Positions 26,393 through 35,485 of a DNA stretch of 64,000 bases are shown in pieces. Under the pieces are notes generated by a model. That model was not told where the DNA came from. It saw only the letters and a list, made by a program, of their open reading frames with translations, and ran no database searches. How positions within the stretch are numbered: position 1 is the stretch's first letter; every line of letters begins with the position of its first letter. The DNA is from a virus. The position numbers were made by a program, and so were the translations under genes. Location: positions 1 to 64,000 of IMG/VR virus record IMGVR_UViG_3300030104_005320; one strand, 5' to 3'.

Positions 26393-27220
26393 ATGTTGAA
26401 CCATATTAAAAGTAACGATAATCATTGGACAGTAGTTATCAACGGTCAGCCACATCAGTTTGACCATACTCACCCAGAGTACAACACTCTTGTTGATTGT
26501 GTGATGGGTGGTGATGAAGACACCTTTGTTGAAATGCTTAACACTGGCACTGTCATCGAAGACTGGTCAGAGGGCAACTTTGAGATGCGTGATGGATTTT
26601 TGTACTACGAAGACGAACAGGTCGCCAGCCAGCCAACTGAACGTATTGTTGGCATGATTAAAGGTGGTCACGATCACAAGCCTATGCTTGCATATCTTGA
26701 CAATCTTTATCAGAACGTCAGCAACCGAGCAGTACACGAGTCTTACAATTGGTGTAGCCACAAAGGTCTGCCCATCACAGAAGATGGCATGATGATTGGT
26801 TACAAGGGCGTTACAATGTACCAAGGCGAAGATACCAAAGACAAGAACGGACGTAAACTAGGCGAGGGGGACATGGTTGACAAATACACTGGCAAATCTT
26901 TTAGAAATAATGTCGGTGATGTTTGTAGCATGAGTCGTCGTCAGGTAAGCGACGATTGTGGTCAAGGCTGTGCTGCTGGCCTGCATGTCGGCACTTACGA
27001 TTATGCGAATGATTGGGCTGGCAAGGGTGGAGTTGTAGTCCTTGTTAAGTTTAATCCTGCCGACATCGTAAGCGTGCCTACCGACTGCAATCACCAGAAG
27101 ATGAGAGTCAGTCAGTACGAAGTGGTCAGCATTGCTCGTGAACAGCTTGAAGAAGAAGTTTACGAAGAAGAAAACGATATGGAGACAATGTACAAAATGT
27201 TAAGAGGATGGGATATCTAA
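26393..27220 (+). CDS. rIIB: rIIB-like protein
   Basis: ITEDG..IGYKGV, DKYTG, CAAGLHVG..DYA, VKFNPADIVSVP.D...KMRV. Confidence 0.85.
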   Translation: MLNHIKSNDNHWTVVINGQPHQFDHTHPEYNTLVDCVMGGDEDTFVEMLNTGTVIEDWSEGNFEMRDGFLYYEDEQVASQPTERIVGMIKGGHDHKPMLAYLDNLYQNVSNRAVHESYNWCSHKGLPITEDGMMIGYKGVTMYQGEDTKDKNGRKLGEGDMVDKYTGKSFRNNVGDVCSMSRRQVSDDCGQGCAAGLHVGTYDYANDWAGKGGVVVLVKFNPADIVSVPTDCNHQKMRVSQYEVVSIAREQLEEEVYEEENDMETMYKMLRGWDI

Positions 27221-27239
27221 TCGTGGTTGGTTAGGTTTT

Positions 27240-27272
27240 GGAGGGTATGGTTCGCCCTGCCCTCCTTTCTTT
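27240..27272 (+). terminator. Intrinsic terminator
   Basis: GGAGGGTA/TGCCCTCC hairpin with TTCG loop plus T-tract. Confidence 0.65.
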
Positions 27273-27290
27273 AATTTTGAGGAACAAAAC

Positions 27291-27668
27291 ATGAAAAAGT
27301 TTATTATTTTGATTGCAGTCAGCTTTGTTTGTTGTAATATTAGTGTAGCTCAAGAGGGCAGAAAGTCTTTTGACCTTCATGTCATCAAGCCAAAGTCTGT
27401 TCTTAAAAGCACAGCAGGATACATGTGCAACACGGGTAAGAAGATGTTCAAAGCCAGCAAAGATTTTTGGACTGCCCCCTTCACCACTGTAGGGCCAGCA
27501 CTTGAAACCAAGAAGTTTAAATATACTCTACCAAAGTTCGAATGGAAGAAAGGGTTGTTTCAGCACATCCCCGGCCCTCCAGATGATGAGCAGATGAAAG
27601 ATTATCTGATTCCGATTATTATTGATGACGGAGACGGTAGTAACCCAACAATGATTTCTGATTTCTAG
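27291..27668 (+). CDS. Secreted hypothetical protein
   Basis: Signal peptide; GAGG SD. Confidence 0.6.
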   Translation: MKKFIILIAVSFVCCNISVAQEGRKSFDLHVIKPKSVLKSTAGYMCNTGKKMFKASKDFWTAPFTTVGPALETKKFKYTLPKFEWKKGLFQHIPGPPDDEQMKDYLIPIIIDDGDGSNPTMISDF

Positions 27669-27675
27669 ATACTGT

Positions 27676-27747
27676 GGTACGGTGGGATTGGTCATCTCCG
27701 TGAGTCTTATATACTCGCCTCCGCAAGTTCGATTCTTGCCCGTACTA
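27676..27747 (+). tRNA. Atypical tRNA-Ile(UAU)
   Basis: Acceptor GGTACGG/CCGTACT; anticodon arm TGAGT-CTTATAT-ACTCG; T-arm GCAAG-TTCGATT-CTTGC; non-canonical D-arm. Confidence 0.7.
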
Positions 27748-27751
27748 TTCT

Positions 27752-27825
27752 GGACTCGTAGCTCAGTTGGTTAGAGCAGGGGACTCATAATCCCTTGGCC
27801 GGGAGTTCGAATCTCTCCGAGTCTA
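27752..27825 (+). tRNA. tRNA(CAU), likely Ile2 (alternatively elongator Met)
   Basis: Canonical cloverleaf; anticodon loop CTCATAA; not initiator-type. Confidence 0.9.
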
Positions 27826-27845
27826 TTTTTAATTAAGGAGTTATT

Positions 27846-28187
27846 ATGGAAGAAAAATACGTTCGATTTCAACGTAATGACGGGAAGATGACGGGTAAGG
27901 TTCATATACTTGAAGGTGAAGATACAAGATGTGAATTATTCAGTAAAAACGCCAACAAAAAGAAGTGGCACATGATCGGCCCGATCACGACACTCAAAGG
28001 TTTGTCATACCACGAGGTAGAAAAGCCCGAACAGAATAAGTCGAATCACTGCTGCGGAGCCTGTTTTAACATTAAAAAAAAGAAAAAGAAAAAGAAAAAG
28101 AAGAAGCTGGGGAAACTTCCTAAAGTAATTCCAACCAAAAGAGGAACCCCCAGAAATCACAAAAACAAATATAGATGGTACGAGTAA
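27846..28187 (+). CDS. Basic hypothetical protein with poly-Lys tract
   Basis: AAGGAG SD; 12-Lys run. Confidence 0.6.
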   Translation: MEEKYVRFQRNDGKMTGKVHILEGEDTRCELFSKNANKKKWHMIGPITTLKGLSYHEVEKPEQNKSNHCCGACFNIKKKKKKKKKKKLGKLPKVIPTKRGTPRNHKNKYRWYE

Positions 28188-28197
28188 ATTAATTAAT

Positions 28198-28269
28198 GGC
28201 CCTATAGTTAAACGGATATAACAGTAGACTTCTAATCTTCAGTTCCAAGTTCGATTCTTGGTGGGGCTA
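28198..28269 (+). tRNA. tRNA-Arg(UCU)
   Basis: GGCCCTA/TGGGGCT acceptor; loop CTTCTAA; T-arm CCAAG-TTCGATT-CTTGG. Confidence 0.9.
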
Positions 28270-28316
28270 TTTAACAATTAGTAATTACAGAGAGTCAGTA
28301 AAATAAAGGATAAATT

Positions 28317-28640
28317 ATGATAATTAAATTAACAGAAGCGGCAGCAGAAGAGGCAAAAAAGTACATCGAAGAAAAGGAAGAAAAGTATTTACGAATCGGA
28401 GTAAAGGGTGGCGGCTGTTCTGGGTTTGAATACAAACTAGAAGTCGGTAGCGAATACAATGACGAAGAAGATACACTATCCACCCAACACGGAGTAGATG
28501 TTGTAGTAGATAAAAAAAGTTCATTATTTTTAGAGGGTACTGTTTTAGACTACTATAATGATATTTCCCAGCGTGGTTTTGTTTTTCAGAACCCTAACGC
28601 TACTAGGTCTTGTGGTTGTGGTAGCAGCTTTCAAGTATAG
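28317..28640 (+). CDS. iscA: HesB/IscA Fe-S cluster assembly protein
   Basis: GGGCSGFEY and NPNATRSCGCGSSF. Confidence 0.95.
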   Translation: MIIKLTEAAAEEAKKYIEEKEEKYLRIGVKGGGCSGFEYKLEVGSEYNDEEDTLSTQHGVDVVVDKKSSLFLEGTVLDYYNDISQRGFVFQNPNATRSCGCGSSFQV

Positions 28641-28648
28641 AGCATAAA

Positions 28649-29146
28649 ATGAAAAAAGCATTTGTATTTGATTTTGATGACACGTTAGCTACTACTGACT
28701 GCAAGGTTCAGGTTAGAAGTTTTGACAACTTTGACATCAACGCATATAAAAGCCTGACCTCTGCCGAGTACAACTCATATCAACTGGGGCCGAAGGAATA
28801 CTTTGACTACAGCGATTTCAAGTGTGGCAATAAAATTACAGAAGCGTCGGCCACATCTCTGATACATCTTGCAAAAGAAGTACATGACGAGAATCATGAC
28901 GTTTATGTTTTAACCGCAAGATCAAATGCTTGTGCGGACGCAATTAAAAAATTTCTAGAACTTCGCATGATTAAGCCAAAGTTTGTTTTCTGTGTTGGCG
29001 ATAATAATAAAGCGATTGAAGAATCTAAAAGAAATGTTTTGTTGACATTGCTTCAAGGCTATGATAAACTTTATTTTTACGATGACTACAAGGGCAATAT
29101 CGACTCTGCCCCAGACGACTCTAAGATAAGGAAGTATTTAGTATGA
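28649..29146 (+). CDS. HAD-family hydrolase
   Basis: FDFDDTL, LTAR, FYDD. Confidence 0.75.
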   Translation: MKKAFVFDFDDTLATTDCKVQVRSFDNFDINAYKSLTSAEYNSYQLGPKEYFDYSDFKCGNKITEASATSLIHLAKEVHDENHDVYVLTARSNACADAIKKFLELRMIKPKFVFCVGDNNKAIEESKRNVLLTLLQGYDKLYFYDDYKGNIDSAPDDSKIRKYLV

Positions 29147-29664
29147 ATATCTTTGTACTCAGCGAAGACCCACAGATTGCCGCACAAGATCATTGTGACA
29201 AACACTGCGTTAAGATGGTACTAGAGCTTTATCAGCAGCTAGGGTCAGCCATGCGTCGTCATGGAGCCACCGATAAAGATATGCCTCTAACCCAGTCAGG
29301 GAAGCCCCTCAAGGGCGGTTATCACAATCATCCTTGCACGAGATGGTGTGGAGATTCAAGAAGTAACTTTGAGTGGGCTGCTGAACATGCTATAGCTTTA
29401 GCAAAAGAATACACCTACAGGTATGGCAAGAAGCACTCATGTGAAGATGCTATACGATACATGGCACAATGTAGCTGGATTATTCCAGAAGGAGACATGA
29501 CACCATTTGCTCAGGCTATGCCAGATGAATATAAAAATCAGTGTGCAGTTACCGCCTATAAAGACTATTATTGGAAAGACAAGCGTGTTAATATTGATGT
29601 CAAGTGGGACAAGAAAAGGAGTCAGCCGGAATGGTGGATGAATTTACAGAAAATGAGTTCATAG
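29143..29664 (+). CDS. Pyrimidine-dimer DNA glycosylase / DenV-like family
   Basis: MNIFVL..DP..AA..HCDKH.VKM.LE..Q.L; HNHPCTRW; AQAMPDEYK. Confidence 0.8.
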   Translation: MNIFVLSEDPQIAAQDHCDKHCVKMVLELYQQLGSAMRRHGATDKDMPLTQSGKPLKGGYHNHPCTRWCGDSRSNFEWAAEHAIALAKEYTYRYGKKHSCEDAIRYMAQCSWIIPEGDMTPFAQAMPDEYKNQCAVTAYKDYYWKDKRVNIDVKWDKKRSQPEWWMNLQKMSS

Positions 29665-29815
29665 TTTTAGAAGATATAAGATCGCACATAATATCGCCAG
29701 AGGAGCAACAGAAAATATACGATCATTTCTGGGTCGGCTGGATGATGACTTGCATCTGTTTGCTTTGTCTTGTTAATTATATCCTTGGCTTTTTAAAAAA
29801 GAAAGAAGTTGATAA

Positions 29816-30403
29816 ATGGTAATTAATCACAGATATCAATTTTTGTTTATACATGTTCCTAAAAATGCTGGAAGTACCATCTCTAAAGTTTTATCGGAGG
29901 CTAGGGAAACAGAATTGATACATCCTCCACACATGAAGATGGCAAAGGCTATCGAGATGTATCCCGAAGCCACTAAATATTTCAAAATAGGGTGCGTAAG
30001 AAACCCTTACGATAGAATAGTCAGCGGATATCACTTCTTTAAAAGATCACTCAAGTATAGCGAAGAAGCAGAAAGTCTAGATGAATATAGAACATTCAAA
30101 CAGTTCATGTACAAGATCAAAGAAAATCCAGAAATAATAAATCAAAAAAGACTACTTAACAGGTCTTTTGACTTTTTGAGCGTAGACGGAAAAGTTGATG
30201 TCGATATTTTGATTAGATTTGAAAATATAAAAAACGATATAAAATCTATACAAGAACAATTTGGACTTAAAAGATACGTTGGCGTTAGAAATGCGACAGT
30301 ACACAAACCCTATCGAGAAATACACGACAAAGAAACAATAGACATAACTTACAACATTTACAAAAAAGATTTTGAAGAATTTGGTTATGACAGGAGAATT
30401 TAA
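29816..30403 (+). CDS. Sulfotransferase family 2 protein
   Basis: FIHVPKNAGST, VRNPYDRIVSGY, YKKDFEEFGY. Confidence 0.85.
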   Translation: MVINHRYQFLFIHVPKNAGSTISKVLSEARETELIHPPHMKMAKAIEMYPEATKYFKIGCVRNPYDRIVSGYHFFKRSLKYSEEAESLDEYRTFKQFMYKIKENPEIINQKRLLNRSFDFLSVDGKVDVDILIRFENIKNDIKSIQEQFGLKRYVGVRNATVHKPYREIHDKETIDITYNIYKKDFEEFGYDRRI

Positions 30404-30656
30404 AATGGGCAAAGCAGAAAACGGCAAAGGAGACAGAAGAAGAAAGCAAGACTTAGAAAAATATGGAAAAAACTTTGTAGAGATATTTAAGAAATTTGAT
30501 TTTGCAAAAGCCGTGGATTCCATAAAGAAGAAACGAAAAAATAAAAAAGATTAGGTTGGCATACATATTAAATATGTATATAATGAAGATATGGAAAAGG
30601 ATTTTCATCTAACGGAACCGTTTTGTTAGATATAATTTTTAATTGAGGAGACTTTT

Positions 30657-31010
30657 ATGAAGAGATTTTCTATTTTGACGATGTGTTTTATCGTCGGTGT
30701 TTTCGCCTGTCAAACGTCTTACGCCCAAGATTCTGAGAATATTCAAGCATCTGCACTTGATACTCAGTTTTCCGAGTGCGAAACCCCGTGTGTATCGTGT
30801 GATGGCCCGGTTCGAAAGATGGCGGCGGGTGTTGTTGGCAATGTTATGGGGATCGGCTCTCACGTAATGGGAGTGGCTAAAAATTCTGTGTGTCGAGTAA
30901 AAGGTTTCACTAAGAAAACCGTTTGCAGAACTCGGACAGTGACAAAGAATGTCTTATCTAAAACTCAAAGATTGACCAGAAGAGTTTTTCGACTTAGATG
31001 TTGTCAATAA
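30657..31010 (+). CDS. Secreted Cys/Arg-rich hypothetical protein
   Basis: Signal peptide; sigma70 promoter TTGGCA-17-TATAAT upstream; terminator at 31026-31052. Confidence 0.65.
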   Translation: MKRFSILTMCFIVGVFACQTSYAQDSENIQASALDTQFSECETPCVSCDGPVRKMAAGVVGNVMGIGSHVMGVAKNSVCRVKGFTKKTVCRTRTVTKNVLSKTQRLTRRVFRLRCCQ

Positions 31011-31089
31011 TGTTGTTTGAGTTTTGCCACTTCTCCTAAAAAGTGGCTTTTATTTTTGTGTTTAATGTTTACTATTTCAAGATAATTAA

Positions 31090-32466
31090 ATGAAAACAAC
31101 AAGAGTTAAAAGATTCGAGATCACACTTTTCGTTGGGGGCATAGACGAAAAGGTAAAACAAATAATCTGCTTACGTGCATTATCAAACTCTGTTCAGCAA
31201 TTTCAAGAATTTTATGGTGTAATTTATCCAATTAGGATACAAGAGGTAACATACGTTTCCGGCATGACCTACAGAGAAAGCGGCTTCTCTTTAACCGTGG
31301 CTGCTCTAGATTGGATAAACGCAAGAACGGATCACAAATCTCTACAAGACTTTATGGGCAAATTGGCAGAACATCTACTGCATGACTTAAACCAAACCAG
31401 AGTATGTGTTTCTGATGAATTTAATAAATCAATGACTACTTTTTACAATGAAGACCTAGAGGTATTTAATGAGTGTGAGGTATGACAACAGAAACGAAGA
31501 AACATTTAAAGCTAATGTTTATTTTTCGACTAAGATTGAAAAATACTTTTTTGATAAATGGCTAGAAGTTTGCTCAAATCACAATATACAAGTTAAGAAC
31601 TGGGCAGATGCCGGATGTGGAAACGATGGCGAGTTTATAAAAAAGGGCAAAACAGGAGGTGCGGATTACAAAGTTACAGGGTCTTTTAACGGGTCGGATT
31701 TATCAGATCACTATTTAGAAATGAAATGGTGTTCGTCTGAAGGTAAACTAACTCTAAAAAAATATGATCTAAGAGAATATGTAAAACAAGGTGCTTCTAT
31801 ATTATTTATCTACAACACTGTAAAACAAGACAACACGAAGTTGAAAATGCCACGACCTCTACCTCAAGACAGAGAGAGACTACAGCCCGTTGTCGATAGT
31901 CATATTAAATTATTAGAATCTAAGAGCCAGCAGTTTAAATGGGGCATAATGTGGGCTGATAAAGTTAAGGAGCTTTACGACACCGATAAGTGGGAGATTA
32001 TAAGGTATATGGGCAACAAGCCCGGAGTTGTTTTAAAATCAAAAGATTTTCACAATTGGTTTGAAGAAAGAGACTGGTCGTGAAAACAACAAAAGTAAAC
32101 AAAGTTCACTTTGACAAAGCTGTATAATGTGTATTAGAAATAGAAAGGTTATACGTGCTTAATTCAGAAAGTGGCGAGATGGAGAAAACAAAATTACTAA
32201 AAGCTATAAACTCTACATATGAACACAATATGGAAGAGGACCATATATGGGATTGTTATTGTGCTTTCTTGGGTCTTTTCTTAGAAGATGATATAATAAC
32301 CACAAATTACCTTATAAACCTAATAGAATTAACTAGAGGCCAAAGACTTGTCTATAGAAATAAATTAGCGGAAATGGGCTTTGAATTAACCCCTAATGAA
32401 CTAAATCAATACATATTCTTGCTTTTAATAGCTTTAAATGAATACATGGATTCTATAGACGTATAG
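31090..32466 (+). other. Three hypothetical ORFs (31090-31485; 31469-32083, possible PD-(D/E)XK nuclease; 32155-32466)
   Basis: ORF track; ADY...LEMK pattern in the second. Confidence 0.5.
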
Positions 32467-32483
32467 ACTACAGGAGAGGAAAA

Positions 32484-34139
32484 TTGGCAAGACCTTGTAA
32501 ATGTTGTAGAGGAGAGATTAGCTCGGTAAGTGTAAGTACGGTATCTGCTAGTAGTCCGTCTATATCTTCTGTTTCCGGCTCTAGCTCTAGTGCATCCGGT
32601 TCCTCGTCTTCTTCCTCGTCTTCTTCTTCCTCTTCTTCAAGTCGTCCTAGTAGTAGCGAGCCTAGTAGTAGTCGGCCCAGTAGTAGTGAACCGAGTAGCA
32701 GCCAGCCCAGCAGTAGCGATATAAGTAGCTCATCGTCTGACCCCTTGAAGTGTTGTCAAATAAAACTTAATTTCTTACCATCTTGCGGTTGCGATTTTTC
32801 TTGCAGTTATCTCGATCCAAGATGTCCTGACGGTAGAATAATGTGTCGAGATGAACCAGTGGTTGAGTCTGATCCATGTTGCCCTGCACCTTACGATACA
32901 TATCGTCAAATCTCTCGCTATGGGCCAGATGCGGGCTATTGCTGTTATGTTGGAATGGGTGCTGGCTGTAGTCAAGTAACTTGGAGACTTCTTGATTATG
33001 AATATGATTGCAGTAGTGGAGCTTTTACTGTAGAGGTAGAAAACTGTCCTTGGTTTTTCTTGTCGGGCGGTGCGATAAGTTTACCTGCGTATCCTTCTTT
33101 TGACAGATTTCCTAAACTTTTCGGCATGAACGCTAATGTTAGTTCGAATTTGACTGTCTCACTAGAAGGAGGAGGAACCGACCCACAGGCTTCTCCTTGT
33201 AACTACACTTCTTATAATGACCCCGTTGTAGCCATAGGGGGAGCACCCCCCAACGCATACACTCATGGGGCATGTATCGTAAATTTAAAATGGGAAGGCA
33301 CAACCACACCGCCTACAAAAGCTAACTGTGGGCGTGTTTGCGATTGTTCGATTGGAACAGGTTCGTCCCCAAGAAAGGTGTGCAGAAATGTTTATGGAGC
33401 ACAGTATGGTTGGCCTCTTGAGGATTGCGGCTATGAAGCCTGTGGATGGTTTTTCGGGATGCTTCCCGGCAGTCAGGACATAGACTATTATCAGCCTTTT
33501 GTCGATTTTGAACCGGGGCCAATTCCTCCCGAAACAAGTCCCGATCCACCAGATCCCTTTTACGCTACCTGCATGTCTCCTCGTTTCAGAACTGCCCACA
33601 CCCGCACCGGAAGATTTACTTGTGGTATAGAGGCTGCGGAGTGGGCTTATATTCACTGGAATTTTACCAGTGCAGAAATTTGCGATCCAGACGTGGAGTG
33701 CGGCGGATCGTCGATCGGACGAAATCTATTAGAGTTGCCGATTAGTAGTGCATTTTGTCAACAGGGATGTCAAGATGCAATGGGGTCATCAAACGAGGGC
33801 GGGACTGGTCCCGGTGGAGGCTTCGGCCAATGGCCACCAGAAGCCTACTCTTCTAATAGAGTTGAAGATTTTTTTGTATTAAGCTCATACGGCGAGCAAC
33901 TCAACAAAAAAAGATCGACAGGCTCAATAAGTAGTAATAGAATGAGTAAGGCAAAAAGAACTGATTGCGATCAGGGATCTTGTGTTTGGGAATGTGTTCA
34001 AGACGGCGACCAAACAAGTTACTCGCTACTGCTGGACGATAGCGACTGCCTAAGCAAAAACCAGCCCTGTGGATGTGGAGATACAGGCCCATGCGGTCCA
34101 TGTAACCCCGGAGACATAATTTTTACGGAGTGTATTTAA
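32484..34139 (+). CDS. Ser-rich, Cys-rich protein (putative virion surface glycoprotein)
   Basis: TTG start after AGGAGAGG; poly-Ser and PSSSx repeats; very many Cys. Confidence 0.7.
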   Translation: MARPCKCCRGEISSVSVSTVSASSPSISSVSGSSSSASGSSSSSSSSSSSSSSRPSSSEPSSSRPSSSEPSSSQPSSSDISSSSSDPLKCCQIKLNFLPSCGCDFSCSYLDPRCPDGRIMCRDEPVVESDPCCPAPYDTYRQISRYGPDAGYCCYVGMGAGCSQVTWRLLDYEYDCSSGAFTVEVENCPWFFLSGGAISLPAYPSFDRFPKLFGMNANVSSNLTVSLEGGGTDPQASPCNYTSYNDPVVAIGGAPPNAYTHGACIVNLKWEGTTTPPTKANCGRVCDCSIGTGSSPRKVCRNVYGAQYGWPLEDCGYEACGWFFGMLPGSQDIDYYQPFVDFEPGPIPPETSPDPPDPFYATCMSPRFRTAHTRTGRFTCGIEAAEWAYIHWNFTSAEICDPDVECGGSSIGRNLLELPISSAFCQQGCQDAMGSSNEGGTGPGGGFGQWPPEAYSSNRVEDFFVLSSYGEQLNKKRSTGSISSNRMSKAKRTDCDQGSCVWECVQDGDQTSYSLLLDDSDCLSKNQPCGCGDTGPCGPCNPGDIIFTECI

Positions 34140-35476
34140 TGAACAAAATAATAGGAAATAAAGATTGGACTTTTGACGATGTTACTTGCGAGCATTTAGA
34201 CGAGAACAAGCACTGTAGAGTAGCCTCTAAAATGGCCAGATCGCCGGTAAGAACTACCCCATACAGTTGTTCGGTTTGCCTCAGTCGTGCCGACGCAAAA
34301 ACAGAACTTTGTCCAGCGATTCAAAAACTCGCAATCGTGGAAAAAAGAAGACAAAGAGAAAAAAGTATCGTAACCATAGAAGATAAACTAGGAACGGGGG
34401 TAGGTACTGAGCTTCATAAAATAATACCAACATTCCTAGAAAGAAAAAACTGTAGCTGCAACAGCTTCGCAAAAAAAATGAATGTCTGGGGGCCAGACAT
34501 GTGTGAAAAAAACAGAGAACATATCATTCAACATCTGGTTAACGAATCTAAAAAAAGATCCCTGTTCTCTTGGGTTCCTGAGACGGCAACAAAACTGGTC
34601 GCAGAAAAACTCTTGAACACAGCAATAACAAAGGCTAAATTCAAAGCCAAAAAAACACAAGACTCAGACGAAAAATGGTTCTGTGCTGTAACAACTGCAC
34701 CCAGAGAAATACCTACAATCAAAACATGCCTAGAGTCTTTACAAATAGCTGGATTTGAACCGTTTGTATTTGCCGAACCCGGAAGCCCCGATCTACCATT
34801 GGAGTTTAAAGAAACCACAATAAGAAACAAAAAGAAAAAGGGAGTATGGCATAATTGGCTTGATAGTATTCGTTATGCACTTAACAATAGTGATGCAAAC
34901 ATAATAATGACGGTGCAGGACGATTCTCTTTTTCACCCAGACTCTAAATCGTTTACTGAAAGTATTTTATGGCCACACAAAAAGGTAGGATTTGTTTCAC
35001 TTTATACACCCAAACATTATAACATCAAGCCACACAAAAAAACAGCATTGCGTGACTGTGGAATCAATAGAGTTATAACTAAATCTTTATGGGGTGCATG
35101 TGCTTTGGTTTGGCCTAGAAAGGTTTTGGAAGAATTGCTCGAACAAGACCTGACTAAAAATTGGGAGGGAGCACCAACAAAAACTAAAAACTCTACGGTA
35201 ATGCAAAAACGAAGAGAAGACCCGTCGTTAGTTCAGAACAGCGATACAGCTATAGGAAAACTAATGAACCGAATGGGTAGAACAATGTGGTTTATGGACC
35301 CATCGCCCGTAAATCATTTTGCTACAACTTCAGCAGCTAGTCACGGAGGCAACAAAGGTAGAAGAAATTGCGGAAGATGTGCAGAGTGGAGCAAGTCTCT
35401 TGAAGATCAAATACCGCTACTTACCAACGGTCAAGAGTTGCCAGAAAAAGTTTCTTACAAAAATATAATACCATAA
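34139..35476 (+). CDS. Cys-rich N-domain fused to a putative GT-A glycosyltransferase domain
   Basis: AVTTAPR...GVWHNW...IMTVQDD...VSLYTP...WGACALVWPR. Confidence 0.55.
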   Translation: MNKIIGNKDWTFDDVTCEHLDENKHCRVASKMARSPVRTTPYSCSVCLSRADAKTELCPAIQKLAIVEKRRQREKSIVTIEDKLGTGVGTELHKIIPTFLERKNCSCNSFAKKMNVWGPDMCEKNREHIIQHLVNESKKRSLFSWVPETATKLVAEKLLNTAITKAKFKAKKTQDSDEKWFCAVTTAPREIPTIKTCLESLQIAGFEPFVFAEPGSPDLPLEFKETTIRNKKKKGVWHNWLDSIRYALNNSDANIIMTVQDDSLFHPDSKSFTESILWPHKKVGFVSLYTPKHYNIKPHKKTALRDCGINRVITKSLWGACALVWPRKVLEELLEQDLTKNWEGAPTKTKNSTVMQKRREDPSLVQNSDTAIGKLMNRMGRTMWFMDPSPVNHFATTSAASHGGNKGRRNCGRCAEWSKSLEDQIPLLTNGQELPEKVSYKNIIP

Positions 35477-35485
35477 GGATTTCGT

